Positions 24,990 through 39,262 of a stretch of 64,000 nucleotides of DNA are shown in pieces. Source of the stretch: Magallana gigas (taxonomy: Eukaryota); the NCBI RefSeq assembly GCF_963853765.1, contig NC_088855.1, forward strand, positions 38,254,001 through 38,318,000, read 5' to 3'. Made by a program: the position numbers and the translations under genes. Numbering within the stretch: the first letter of the stretch is position 1; each line of letters opens with the position of its first letter. The notes beneath the pieces are model-generated. The model had not been told where the DNA came from. It worked only from the letters and a program-made list of their open reading frames with translations, and searched no databases.

Positions 24990-25300
24990 CGTTTCTTATG
25001 GCATCTAGCTTACTTGGAGGATTCTTTGCTCCGATTATATCGTACAATGAATTTAAGGAAGCCAAAATAACTGTTGGATACATTTGCTTTCTTGTAGAAT
25101 TGATGGCATCTGCAGCTATAGCGTATGCTTGTTTGGGTATTTACAAAGACAGGGATAACTGGATTAAATAAAAGCGACGATCGACTGTAATAATAATCAA
25201 AATCATTGTACTTTGGATTTTAGGAATCCTCCAATGCCTGTTGTATGTTTTTTATGGTATATTGCATATGCACTGTGGTGGTAAAATGTATTTACTTCTA
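24990..25300 (+). pseudogene. OTOP-like: Otopetrin-like copy A' (5' fragment)
   Basis: Matches 3570-3880 (~4-5% divergent by eye). GAA>TAA stop at 25169-25171, then jumps to the equivalent of 6097 (2.2-kb deletion). Confidence 0.9.
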
Positions 25301-26374
25301 CTAAACAATAGAGGATTAAAAAAATTGCGCAAAGTTTCTGCTAAGAATTATATATTGTATGTATATAGAATAATTAATAAAATAATCAGAAAGGGTCCTG
25401 GTTTGTGCAGAACATGTTTAAATCAGATTCAGTCGCCTCTCCTGTTACCACTGCACAAGTCCCCAATGCAACAATGAAAGATTGTATCACGTTGTCATTT
25501 ACCAACTAAGGATAGCAAAATTCAATATTGTCATACAAAGCATATATAAAACGTACAATACAGAGGCGGTGATTGAAGCAACATTATATTATTGTCTGTC
25601 TATTCATCAATTTTTTTTCTGTATACAGTAGTTTTAGTAGACTTTTGTTCGTCTTATAGAATCTAATGATTTATTTTAATCTTAATTGTCATAGAGGTTT
25701 TAATAAAATGTAAAAATATAGAAGATCATTAAAGCAAAATAACAAACAGCTCATATTCCTTTTAAAATATGTTTTTCAAGAAAAAAACCCACAACTGTAA
25801 TAAGAAAAGTAACTCTTTTACGTCACCATATTACCGTTCTAATGCAAAGTTATCCTTCCTGAAAAATTACGTACTTTTTTTTTATTCATCCATTCATCTT
25901 TTTTTCCCCCTGTATTGAGATTAATGTTACAATTAAAATATAACATAATAAAAAAAATAATATCAAAAGTAAAAAAACGAGAAAGAATATTCATTTTTTT
26001 TTTCAAAACTGTAAATATAGGCTTATTTTGATGGTTTGGAAATTGAAAATATCATTTGCAACTGACAGTCCCAATTATGGTCTAATGGCTATAAGATATG
26101 TTATCGAATATTTTTTAGAGCGTTATTAAACATTTCAGAACACTTCGGGTAATGCAGAGTCGCTGGTTCACGGAATAGAAGCACAACCACAAGAATAGCA
26201 TACCCCAACCTATCGATATATAATTCTACCTCGGAAAATGACCCCCCAGTCATTATTCTACGGGGTTATAATTCTACTTTACATCGGCACAAGGAGACGA
26301 GAAGACGACCTGTTGTAAAAAACCTGAAGAGAAGAAGCTTGACCATGGAGACAACACTTCGGGATGTTTGCTAT

Positions 26375-28169
26375 GATTGTTATTACGATATAATATCTAT
26401 AACAAATATCAGTCAGGATTTCAACACGGTGATTCCACAACCAATCAGTTAGTTGAAATATATAATGCAATAATATCTAGTTTTGCTGAAGGTAGAGATA
26501 TCAGATTTGTGTTTTGCGACATCTCTAAAGCTTTTGATAGAGTGTGGCACAAAGGTATCCTATGCAAATTAAAATGCTATGGAATCTCTGATAAATTAAT
26601 ACGTTGGGTTGAAAACTACTTGTCTGATATAGCCCAGAAAGTAGTCTTTTTTGGTTTCTCATCAACATTGCGAAGTGCTAACTCTGGTGTCCAACAAGGG
26701 TCAGCGTTAGACCCCTTTTATTCCTTTTGTACATTAATGACATATCAACACACTTAGACAACCCAGTTAGATTATTTGCTGATGACACATTTTTGTATAT
26801 TATAGTAGATAATGATATTTTGACATATGTAAATTAACTAATGGTTTGGGTAAAATTAAGGAATGGTCTGATATGTGGGCAGTTGAATTGAGTCCAAATA
26901 AAACAGTTAATTTAGATTTTCGTAGAAGGAGTGTAAGTCATCCCAAAGTTAAACTTGGTGCTGATGGGCCTGCTATTGAACATGTTGAAACACATACTCA
27001 TCTAGATAAAAATTCCAGCAGGATGTAAATTGGAGAAAACATATTCTTGATTTTCTTGACAAAAATCAGTCTAAACCCTGTACTCGTTTGGATATCTTAA
27101 GAATGTTGAAACACACCCTTTAAAAGGGATGCTTTGATAAAAATTTACTTTACCTTTGTTCGCCTAGTTTTCGAATACTGGAATAATTGTTCCGATAGAG
27201 ATGCTAATCAACTTGAAGAAATTCAAGTTGCAGCAGCTGGAATTATTTCAGAATTATGTAAAATTCTTCAAGATCCTTGCTTTATGTTGAACTTGGTTGG
27301 GATACACTCGAAGTTCCACGTAAAATACATAAGCTTGTGTTATTTTATAAGATAGTTTATGGATTAGCATCTCAGTATTTAGTTGATCTGCTTAGACAAT
27401 GTTTACTACCTCAAAATTCTCATCCCCTAAGGAACCAGGACAGCCTTAAATTTCATGTCCACAAAAGAGAAAACAACCTCTTATATGAAAAGTTTCCCCC
27501 CTCAACAATTAGACTCTGGAATGAACTCCCATATAACATCCGTAGTCTTAAACAATCTCAACTTTTACACCTACCAAAATAAAATATATTGCTCCATAGC
27601 GCAGAAATACTTTAACTTCGAAAGGAAAATGTAATCCATTGTCAACTTCGTAACGCAAACTATTGATTCCTGAAGACTGACACTACCTTTTTCAATTCAA
27701 CTCATTCTTAATGGTGACATTAGTCTTACTTATGAACAAAATATTGCAATATTTAAATATGTTCATAATTTACTAAATATACAAAGAGATTTTAATAATC
27801 CATCTAGTCCTTCTTATTGTCCTAAACCACAGAACCTGAACCTGTGTATAAAACCTTTTGTTTGTATTTTTTCTTTTTTTCTTCTGATGAATATTATCAT
27901 TACTAGTTGCTACAAATTAAAGCATTATAATGAGTATTATGTTACATATTGTAATTTCTGGTCATTTGTTTTATATATACATGTACATATATGCATATAT
28001 TTATCAATATAATATATATTATAAAATTATTGTCAATATTGATAGACACTAAATCTTGTCTACATGACCCTAATCTTGTATGTCAGAGATAATTTATATA
28101 AGTAATGCCTGCTATCCCATCCCTTTATGTAATATATTGTATAATAAGTTATTGTTTGAATTAAATTAA
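26375..28169 (+). mobile_element. Degenerate CR1/L2-group LINE, 5'-truncated
   Basis: QSGFQHGDSTTNQL, FCDISKAFDRVWHKGIL, GVQQGSALDP and LFADDT RT motifs; frameshifted; 3' tail ending ~28169. Confidence 0.9.
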
Positions 28170-28293
28170 CTTCGCTGTCATTGTGTAGAGGCCATGATTT
28201 ATATGTGTAACTGTGTGTAAAGACTTTTGCTGATAAAATGGGTCTGATGAAACTTCTAAGTATGACACAGGTTCACTGCTAACAACCATCAAC

Positions 28294-31200
28294 ATGAAGG
28301 CTGTGATAATCTTAATGGCAGTTATTACTCCAATGGTACACGTATGTATTGCAAAAATATTAGATGTGATGCATTGGTCATTTTATATTCATAAATGAAC
28401 AATTCTCTAACGAATCAATTTGTAATATAAAGACTGAAGAGGTTGAAATTCATGTAACAGATGTACCTTAACAGTATTTCTAACGGGAAGAAGGAAAGTA
28501 AAGGTATATAAAAGAGTATGAGAAAATACTTTATAGATAGATATAGATATAGTTTCCTCTGATCGGTGATAGTTTTATCTGAAGACCCGATCTATTTCCT
28601 TTAATTCAAGTACTATTTAACATGAATTGTTATAATGTCCATTATGTAATGAAGAGATTGTAATCTATCTCTTGCTCTGTAAAAAATTTAAGAAAATTAA
28701 AAATACCTATATGAAAAGGGGAGAGGTTCAAAAAAGTGTATTCTGATACATCTGTTTTACATTGTAGGCATTTGCCCTGAGGATGTGTAATACGGGGTCC
28801 GAATGTAATGCAGACGAATGTTGTGTGTCCAACACCCCTCCCCGTGGACGTAGATTCCTGGACACCCACAGTCACCTTGGACATTGTGTTCCCATGGGAA
28901 CGGACGGGTCTAGTAAGACTAAAATATACTGTACTAACTCAACGACAATGATCTTTTAGTTTGTAATAGACTATATTTCACATAGAGACTTCCTCTGTGA
29001 ATATGAGTAAGTTAGAGAATAGCTAGGTAGGATGCCACTCGGCTTTCTACTGGTTGCTAATGGAAAAGAGAGACAATTCCGTTAAATTAAAACAAGTTCT
29101 TTATTCTTTAAGCGTCGGATGGAAAGTGCATTAAAACAGAAAGAAATTTCGAAACACCCTGTAGTAGAACACAGCAATGCGAAAAGGCCAGATTGTTTTT
29201 ACGCTTAAAATCTAAGGATCGATAATTCCGCATAAGTATGAAAATGTATAACGCTTATATGATTAAGAAAACTAGAAAACAAAATATAAAATATTTCCCC
29301 CTTGCCTAAGAAAACTTTGTCCTCGAAGCTGCTTAAATTTTCTTTTCTACAAGATATTTTTTTTATTTCAATTATTCAATGTAATACTAAACTATAGTAC
29401 TGTGCAAAAATATATACTCAAAATTTGAGAAATAGAAAATCACGTATCTGTCAGTGAGAAAAATTATGACAAATGCAATACATGTATAAACATCATTACT
29501 ATGAGATATACTCATCATCAGGATGACTAAAAGACAAACTAACACTAATATCATGAAATATTAAAGAAACAAAATGCCTTTGAAGTGAATATACATGTAT
29601 ATAGCGATGACACATATCGTGTTACAAAATCAATAAAACAAATGTATTTACAAGCTGGAGCATAATAAATGAATGTTAAAAAAAAATGTTATTATATGTC
29701 ACATTGTGAGATTTAGCCATATAGTAATTTCGGCCACAGAAGAATAATGTTTGTAGATTGCATGAAAACAAATGAAGAACAATGTACTCACAAATAAAAT
29801 AAATCCACAATTGTATGTAAAATGAAGGTACATATAATGCACATAAACCTTGATAGTACCAAGATTAAATGCAAAAATGTACAAACACAAAAAGAAATGA
29901 ATTGTAAAACAACTTAAGGGAGGTGTTCTTTGGTAGTTAAAGCATCAACAATGAGAGTACCATAATGTGGTAATGACTGATACAAACCATGGTGAGTGAT
30001 AAAAACTTGTTTATCGCAAGGTTGTTGAGTTATTCTTTTGGCTTGTAGAGCGGCGAAAAAAATTCAAGGGAATGGTTGATTTAACATTAATTGTACGTGT
30101 CCCAGAAATATTTCTGACATTAAAATCTGTCCAATAAATTCGCATTTACGAAGAAAATGGGTGTACATAAACATCAATTTCATGAATGTTAGAGGGAGGA
30201 CAAATTTTCAAAATGAAGGACATAATGGGAGATTGAAAACAGGGATCAAAATACATTCATGTCCATTTGTCAATTCAAAAACAATTTTTTTATATCTGTG
30301 CTTTTGCTTATTATAGAATAATAAAGTGTCAATACCAAAAAAATTAAAATAACAAAAATTGTTATAGATGGTTTAAAATTATCTGAATTTTAAAACTTTA
30401 ATGTAACATATATACAATCTAATATTATACAAAATTCCTCAAACATCTATTAAAGATTGACTAACCTATCCGGAGTCGTGTCGATTCAATTCTCAATGTT
30501 AAATAACTCTTTTTAAAAGGCAGTCACACATAAATAATAGTGACAAATAATTTAGTATGTTCAATAAATCTATTGGTCCGGGAAAGTAGATTATCTCATT
30601 TGTGAGTCAAAACCATTATAATACTTATTTCTTAGATCAATACGTTTAAATGAATATGAAAATATATCAACATGATTTTTTTTGTTCTAATTAAGATGAA
30701 TTACAAGCTTTTTTCTTGGAAGAAAACTATTCCCTTCTAAAAAGATTTTTTCAATTGGTTTGTTTTATTTTATTGGCATATATAACATTTTATTTTTATA
30801 CCATTAAACTATCTGAGTGGACGTTGTGTTCAAATCACGAATTAACCCATTATTTAAGCTCTAAGTTTTTAACCCAGCTGTTACAATGTAATGTATTTCA
30901 TTGCTCGGACCAAAGATTTTATATATAAATATAATTAGAAAGAGCAGTTTTGAGCCAATAGTAAGCAAGTTAATGACAGCTCATCTTCCATGCATATATA
31001 CTGTTACCAGTGGATTGTCTTACATGTATAGGTTGTCTTGTGAAATATTCACATCTTACAACAAGACCGGAAGATGTTGTGTACGCATGCCCATGCAGCA
31101 ATGGTCTGCATTGTCATGGCGATGGTGTGAACGAAGTTCCACTCGGAGAAAGAGGTAACCAATCCCGGTCTTACTTTCATCTTTCCCCTCCTCTCATAAT

Positions 31201-31318
31201 TTACCTTTAAAAATTCGATGCATATAAGCCTCAGCTCCATATAAAGCAAAATCTTAAAATTTTCTTTTTAATTTCACATGCATGTATTTTATTCCATTAA
31301 GGTCACTGTGCGTCGTGA
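28294..31318 (+). CDS. Prokineticin/colipase-fold (astakine-like, non-AVIT) secreted 10-Cys peptide P2, 110 aa, intact
   Basis: Exons 28294-28341, 28768-28912, 31032-31154 and 31302-31318, all GT-AG with phases 0/1/1. MKAVIILMAVITPMVHAFALRMCNTGSECNADECCVSNTPPRGRRFLDTHSHLGHCVPMGTDGSSCLVKYSHLTTRPEDVVYACPCSNGLHCHGDGVNEVPLGERGHCAS. Cys spacing C-x5-C-x4-CC-x20-C-x9-C-x17-CPC-x4-C-x14-C matches the prokineticin/MIT1 pattern. Confidence 0.85.
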
Positions 31319-32681
31319 AATTGAAGAAATCCATCCAATGGCTGAAGGCCTAGCTTCTTTTTGTTTAAATAAATATGTTACTGTCATTTGTCTTGTTGAT
31401 TCATCATTATTCATCATTAATAGATTGATCAAATAATGCACTGATGGATCGTTTTAGTTACTTACTTAACTAGACAATTCAACTAAACCTGAAGGCTACA
31501 AATGAATGTGGAAACAAATAAACATGAACTTACAAAGCTTTTGAATGATAGTAATGTAATTTATAGTAAGCGCAGAACTTATCCATTTATGAAATTAAAT
31601 ATGCGTTTCCACCAATGCAATACGTGCAAATACATAATTCCTCACACTCAGGTTTGCTAAAAGGGTCCTAGGAGAGAAACTTAGTACGATTATTGACGGT
31701 GCTTAACACTTGAATTAAAATTTCCCGTATAAATCTGGTGTTATCTGTCATGATGAGTTTTAATTGCCAATGTCATACTGTTCAAAATGTAATGGATGGC
31801 CTCCAGTTGTTATAGATGGTCCTATTTATTATAATACCTTGGACAAAGTTTTAAAGTTAATGCGATTTGTTCGTAAGGAAAGTCAAGAAATGTTATCCAA
31901 TGTGTATCTAAAGTTTGCTTCCGGCATAATACTCCAAAATATCAGCCAATGTTGAAATTTTACGGAATTAAATTGTTAAACTGTTGGGTAAAACTATTTT
32001 CAACTTATTGACTTTGAGACATCTTTACAAGGTATCCAAACTACCAGGGCATAAACGTCCTCTTGTGTAGCCATGTTCGGTTCCTTGTCTGCTCTGTCCA
32101 GGATGAGAGTATCCTATTATGTAACCACGAAACAATAAAATTCTGGAAAACCAGTTCATGGTGAGGATACAATTTTCTGTTGAAACGGGAAATGAAATTC
32201 TTTATTTAGTTTTTTGCACCTTTTATGTTTTAAGTGTGGATGGATTAAGCTGTTCAACCCCGAGTGATTCCTGTAGAAAAGTTGAAAGATGGAATTATTT
32301 GATTTTAAAAATCGGTTAGTGCATTTAAGTAGATTGATATAACAGGCATCAAATATATACCATTTTGTGTTTCAAAACAAACATTTCTGCTTTTAAATTT
32401 TATCAATGGTAATCATACGTACCATTTAAAAAACCCCGGAACTACTCAGAGTATTTTTTCCCAGTATTAAGCTCATTTAAAATCAAACTGAATCAGAAAA
32501 TCTCCGGAAAACTCTTGTAAATACAGACCATTCAAATTCTTCCTTTTAGATTAAAGCTTCCTTGATTGTTTACAATTAAAGTGTTTGACATTTGGACATA
32601 GCAAACATACTCAACTGCAATGTAAAATTGAATTAAGTCAATGACCATGAAGCTTATCTAAAACACCTGTTTATACACTGG

Positions 32682-34150
32682 ATGTCTTTTTTCAGTTGTT
32701 CATTGAAATGGCATAACAGAATGAAGACAGCAAGCCGATTTCTTTCTCCTGTTGAATGTGCTCGCGGGGAGGAGGTTGGTGAAATTGGATCCATCCTCAT
32801 CATGTCCATTGTGCTTGGGATACTTGTAGTGCCTATTGTTGTGTATGGACAACGGCCGGAGTCCGACACCGATGCCGTTAATATCGTCACGGGAATCAAC
32901 GTAACCGTTAGATTGCTAGCGGCGGTAACGCTGGTTGTTGCATTTTCTGCAATTCGCAATAACATGCAGGAGTGGGTCAACGATAAGAGCTCCAACATGA
33001 TAATAAAAACCAAATTGGTATTTATCTGGATTTTTGGATTCGCCAAGATGGTATTCATTACGATAAAAGTCCTGTTCTATCTGAAATGCAGATATTTAAT
33101 ATCACTCGAGTTGACAAAAACTATAATCACTGACTGCTTCACAAGCATCATATTTGTGATTTTACAGCTTGTCTTTTTTCAGTATGTTGCGCGCTATACC
33201 TTTACGACCAAACCCATCATTAAATATATCTCCTCAGTTGTCGCCATTGCAAATGTTATGGAATTTTCATAGCGCTTACATTAAGTGTCAACGAAAACAA
33301 AGATCTCATTTTCGATAGAAATGAGACAGATATAGAAAACTGCACCGGATATAGCCTCAAAACAGTCAACAACATCATGTTTATCAATGAAGCTTTCAAA
33401 GCACCAATCAATCTTCAATTTTCGGCGCTGGCAATAACTCTTGCTTTCAGTATGAAGGCAGATGCTGAAAATCTATTAAGTCAGTGCAATATCTTGGGCT
33501 TAAAATTTTCATGGACGTCTCCGAAGAGGTTGGCAAAGATTATCACTACCATTTTACTTATGAATGTTCCCCTTCTGGTTTGTGCACCATTCAATATTTT
33601 AAATTCCGAGAGTGAAACTCAATCCCGGATATGGTTGAGTTTAATGTTTGCACAAAAGACGGCTGCTCTAATTTGCATTTTATCTATAAATTATCTGATG
33701 TTTAAGAAACTGAAATTGACCGTGAAATATGTCAGCATCAATGCAAATGAATTCATGCTTTTACTGAGTACTATCGGGGTAATGTCTTACATGTCGATGC
33801 AGGCATTTTACCAACGTGACGTCGATGGTATTCTGACGTCATTGATTGTCATTAGCCTGCCCTCTATTCTATACCAGGTTATCATCATTTTATTTGGGAG
33901 ACGAGTGGACCTTATTGGCAATGAAATTTCCGCTGTACATTCGATTCAACAACTTGTGCTTATCCTTGGTTGCCAGAACATAGCAGTATGGTTCAACGAT
34001 TTTCTTTACGGCGTTTGGGACATGTCTAATGACCATATACTTCGACATAGTGTATTCAAGTATATAGCACTCATACTGTACCCTTTGTTAGCCTACTATA
34101 GGTTTCAATCGGCTATGGAGCTTATGGAGTTGTACTGCCATGTGTCTTGA
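32682..34150 (+). pseudogene. OTOP-like: Otopetrin-like copy B', one -1 frameshift (pseudogene or sequencing error)
   Basis: ATGGAATTTTCATAG versus ATGGATTTTTTCATAG in paralogs (~33258-33272), a 1-nt loss in a T run. Otherwise open to TGA 34150. Confidence 0.75.
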
Positions 34151-34554
34151 AATACAACATATGCAATTGCTTTGAATTAAAAGTTAATGTATAAAAAAAG
34201 ATGTGATTGTAAATCCAAATAAAATGATCGAGTCTTATGAAAATAAAACCTATTGTTTATCTGGAATGTTGACTAAACGAAATTAAAATTTTATATATGA
34301 TAAAGATTATTATGACGGTCAAACGTCGAATATAAAAAGGCAGATGAGCATACATTTTATTTCAATTTTTCCGTGTACGATACATGTAAATTAAATGTCG
34401 CGTTGGGTACTTTTTAGTAATACAGAAAACACGGAAATTTTTGATTTGGTTCAGTTGGTTGTTTCATTAAATAAATACACTCAGATAGGAAGGGAGTTTG
34501 ATAACATCTAAGATAAACAGATTAACAGGTGTGAATATAAGACGTCCGATAGAC

Positions 34555-35487
34555 ATTGCCCCTATAAACCAAACCATTCTTGCAATATGCTTTGGACTCT
34601 GTTCAATATGTAATATTTTGTGTCATTAATGTATTTACATCTTATTTAAGGTCGTATGATGTTGTATTTACAACTTATTTCAAGTTGTATGACCACTGGT
34701 ATAGACATGTTGATATTAAATCGTTTTATCTATCTATATCATAATATTTAACGTACATTATACTGTCCTTTCATGAAAAATGATCGAAGACAAGAAACAA
34801 GATACACATTGAGCTGTAGTAATATATTCATTTAAACGCAAAAAATATTTCTAATAATTTTTGACGTGTGAATATTTATACATGCTCTAATTCTAAATTT
34901 ACAAAAAAATAACTTAATAAAAACAGACGTTTGTAATCAAGAAAATAATGGAACCTCAAATATGTTACCTAGCAACTGACTGCCATGATAACAAATGCTG
35001 TTTCTAACGTCCGACCGATCGGGAAAAGGCAGACGAGTTTCCATGGTCACTGCGTTCCATTTTGAAAAGCTAGAGACGGTATATGAAGAGTATTAAGATT
35101 TAACCAAGTATCACATGCACTGGTTCAATGACCTTCTGAATAATACTGGCAAACATTGATTATAACAGTTAAATTTTCTTTGGAAAATAGGCAGATGTAA
35201 AGGCTCTTTCTGTTACACACTGAGTAGCGTGCTGTTTTGCAGGATGTCTTGTGAGGAATGGTAACGCCACCTTCAGACCCACTGAGCAGGTGTTTGCATG
35301 TCCCTGTACACCGGGTCTATATTGTCATGGAGACCACCACTATGACATACCCTCGGGAAAAATTGTTACTCATGTTCTCCTTTTCGTTTAGACATAGAAT
35401 TTTCTGATTTTCAAATTTACAACTATACCTTATCACAATTTCGCACGTTTTCTTTTTTTTTTTTTAGGTTATTGTGAAAATCCATAG
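34555..35487 (+). pseudogene. Prokineticin/colipase-fold peptide gene P5 (pseudogene, P6 type)
   Basis: ATG>ATT; exon 1 donor GT>AT; 2-nt deletion and stops in exon 2 (34927-35078); exon 3 (35243-35365) donor GT>TT; exon 4 at 35468-35487. Confidence 0.85.
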
Positions 35488-36353
35488 ATTATTGCTCTGA
35501 CCCAAGATCCCGGCGTATTTGTTATTTTTAAAAATGATAATCGTGTAGGGAAAAAAATACAAAAAGAAATTAAAAATGAATGACAAGGAAGAAAAAAGTG
35601 CAAAAAATATATTTTTCTTAATAGACAGCTAATGTATGCGTTTTGTGTTATTACGTAATTTGCACAAGATATTTGATATGTACGCTCTCCTGGTAATAGG
35701 TTCTACATTGTATTATTTGCTTAGCTGTAAGCCCAAGGTTCACAAATAAGTACAACATACATTTCTCTACAAAAAAAACAACAACCCCGAGTGCCTCGGT
35801 TGCTTACTACTCCAAGCATTGTTCCGAAAAGGTTAAAGGTAAGAATTGATAAGTTTAAAACTATAATTTGAAATATCAGTAAGCAAGAAGCAAAGTGCAG
35901 AAAACTTAAGTAAAAAACTATGATAGGTAGGATAGATATGGGATAGATAGATAGGACATGCAAATTCTCTTAACTCATAATTTATGAATTTTCCCAAAAC
36001 TTTAAAGACAATTAGTTATCTGAAAAAGTTGTTCTAAAAAGGATTTGTCAATTGGTTTGTTTTATTTGATTTGACATATTTAATACATCGAACTTTTTAT
36101 CTATATATCTGTCCATTTAACTATATAAGTGAAAGTTGTGTTCAAATAACGCATTAACCCATTATTTACGCTTTACGTTTTAACCGACCTGATAAAATTG
36201 TGATGTATTTCCTTGCTCTGACCAAAGATTTTATTCATATACATATAATTAGAACGAGCAGTTTTTAGTCAAGGATAAGTTGTAAATCAGAGTTGAAGCC
36301 AGCTAATCTTCCATGCATATAAACCGTTACCTATGGATTGTCTTATTAGCTAG

Positions 36354-36621
36354 GTTGTCTTGTGAGATATTCACAACGAGACCGGAAGAGTTGTATATGC
36401 ATATTCATGTTGCAATGGTCTGCATCGCCTAGGCAATGCTTTGAACGAGGTTTCACTCGGAGAAAGAGGTAACAAATCCCAGTCGTATCATCATCATTCC
36501 CCTTATCTAACAACCTACCTTTCAAAATTCGCTACTGATAAGCCCCAGTCCAATTTAAAATCTTATAATTTTCTTTTTCATTTCCTTTATTTTATTCCAT
36601 TAAGGTCACTGTACGTCATGA
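36354..36621 (+). pseudogene. Orphan exon 3 + exon 4 relic of a P1/P2-type peptide gene
   Basis: Frameshifted exon 3 at 36354-36468 and exon 4 at 36605-36621; no exons 1-2. Confidence 0.8.
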
Positions 36622-37600
36622 AATTTAAGAAATTCATCCAATGGCCGAAGGACTATAAACACAACCTAGTTCTTAATGTTTGAATAAATATGTTGTCTCG
36701 TTGATTTCTTTTTCATCAATTGATTTATTGATCGAATGATGGATTGATTGATTTTGGTTTAATATCTTAACAAAACTATTCAATTAAACATGAAGGCTAT
36801 AAACGAATGTGGAAACAAATAACCCGTTAACTTGTAAAGCTGTTATTGAATGATTATACCGGGGGTATAGTATTTTTGGTATTTGCGGAACAGCATATTT
36901 CTATATATATGTTTAACTATGTTTAACTTATTGGCTTTAATAACATTTACAAGGTATCCAAACTACTGTGGTAGTAAATGTGTGGCTATGTTTGGTTCCT
37001 TGGCTGCTTAGTTTACTGCTACTTGTCCAGGACGGGAGTATCCTATTATGTAACCACGAAACTATAAAATTCTCGAAAACCAGTTTTTGGAGGATACAAT
37101 TTTCTACTGAAACGGAAAATGAGATTTTTTATTCAGTCTTTAGCACCTTTTATGCTTTAAGTGTGGATGGATTAAGCTGTTCAACGAATGGTTCTTGTAG
37201 AGAAGTTGAAAGGATGGAACTATTTGATTTTTAAAATCGTTTAGTGCGTTCAGGTAGCCTTATAGAGCAGGCATCAGATATAGAGTTTTATGTGTTTCCA
37301 AGCAATCTGACGCTTTTATACATCATAAATAATCATTATTACCATTTCAATATACGGAAGTACTTAGAGAATTTTTTTTCCAGTATTAAGCTCATTTATA
37401 ATCAAACTGAATCAGAAAATCTCCAAAAACCTCTTGAACATACAGACCATTCAAACTCTTCTATTTATATTAAAGTTTCCGGAGTACATTCAGTTGTTTA
37501 CAAATAACGTTTCTGACATTTTGACATAGCAATCGCACTCAACTGCGATGTAGAGTTGACATGTCTTTTATACTCTGTGTGACTTCTTTTCAGTTGTGCA

Positions 37601-39027
37601 TTGGAATGGCATGACGGAATGGGAACAGCAAGCCGATTTCTTTCTCCTTTTAAATTCGCCGGTGGGGAGGAGGGTGGTGAAATTGGATCCATCCTGATCA
37701 TATCCATCGTGCTTGGGATACTTGTGGTGCCTACTGTTGTGTATGGACAACGGCCGGAGTCCGACCTCGATGCCGTAAATATCGTCACCGGGATCAACGT
37801 AACCGTTAGATTGCTAGCGGCGGTGACACTGGTTGTTGCATTTACTGCGATTCGTTATAACATGCAGGAGTGGGTCAACGATAAGAGCTCCGACATGATA
37901 ATAAGAACCAAATTGGTATTTATCTGGATGTTCGGAGTCGCCAAAATGGTATTCATTGTGATACAAGTCCTAATTTATCTGAAGTGCAGGTATCTAATAT
38001 CACTCGAGTTGACAGAAACTATAATCACTGACTGCTTCACAAGCTTATTTTTTTTCAGCATGTTGCGCGCTATACGTTTACGACTAAACCCATCATTAAA
38101 TATGTCTCCTCTGTTATTGCCATAGCAAATTTTATGGATTTTTTCATAGTGCTTACTTTAAGTGTTTACGAAAACAAAGATCTCATTTTCGACAGAAATA
38201 AGACAGATATAGAAAACTGCACCGGATTTCGCCACAAAACTGTCAACAACATCATGTTTATCACTGAAGCTTTCAAAGCACCAATCGCTCTCCAATTTTC
38301 TGCGCTGGCAATAACACTTGCTTTCAGGATGAAGTCAGATGCTGAAAAATCATCAACTCAGTGTAATATTTTGGGCTTAAAGTTTTCATGGACGTCTCAG
38401 AAGAGGTTGTCAAAGATTATCGCTATCATTGTACTTATGAATGTCCCCCTTCTGGTTTGTGCACCATTCAATATTCTAAATTTCGAGAGTGAAACTCAAT
38501 CCCGGATATGGTTGAGTTTAGTTTTGGCACAGAAAACGGCTGCTCTTATTTGCATTTTGTCTATAAATTATCTGATGTTTAAGAAACTGAAATTGACCGT
38601 GAAATATGTCAGCATCAATGCCAATGAATTCATGCTTTTACTGAGTACCATCGGGGTAATGTCCTGTATGTCGATGCTAGCGTTTTACCAACGTGAAGTC
38701 GATGGTTTTTTGACGTCATTGATTGTCATTAGCCTGCCCTCAATTCTATACCAGGTTATCATCATCTTATTCGGGAGACGAATGGATCTCATTGGCAATG
38801 AAATTTCCGCTGTTCACTCGATTCAACAACTTGTGCTTATCCTTGGTTGTCAGAACATAACACTATGGTTCAACGATTTTCTTTACGGCGTTTGGGACAT
38901 GTCTAATGACCATATACTTCGGCATAGTGTATTCAAGTATATAGCACTCATATTGTACCCTTTGATAGCCTACTATAGGTTTCAGTCGGCTATGGAGCTT
39001 ATGGAGTTGTACCGCCATGTGTCTTGA
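37601..39027 (+). pseudogene. OTOP-like: Otopetrin-like copy C' (pseudogene)
   Basis: 22-nt deletion at ~38045 between AGC microhomologies shifts the frame; first in-frame ATG at 37619. Confidence 0.85.
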
Positions 39028-39262
39028 TATAGTTTAAGAAGTATTTTCTTCAGAAATGTACACAGAGATATAAAAATGAATATTGATCGAACAGTAGGCC
39101 AAAAACAGCCTATATTAGTTCTTTTCATTAAAGATCAAGGCACATATACATGTATATTTATAACAGAAGAAGTGTATATATCTTTAAGTTTTACATGTAT
39201 ATTTTACTAATTTATAGAGGATACGAAGATAGAGCGACTAATTAATAACAGATTTGAGCTTA

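Noticed and set aside
25395-25440. VCAEH-like string suggesting a THAP domain (also ~6195-6230)
   Set aside because: Immediately followed by a stop, and the other THAP residues are missing.
26375-28169. LINE copies as active or domesticated RT genes
   Set aside because: All four copies have many frameshifts and stops, and the catalytic motif region is eroded.
15144-37797. Recurring antisense ORFs '...IFTASRSDSGRCPYTTVGTTS...' (15144-15388, 20586-20918, 32654-33058, 37498-37797)
   Set aside because: They recur only because they are the reverse strand of paralogous otopetrin 5' ends; starts and lengths are not conserved.
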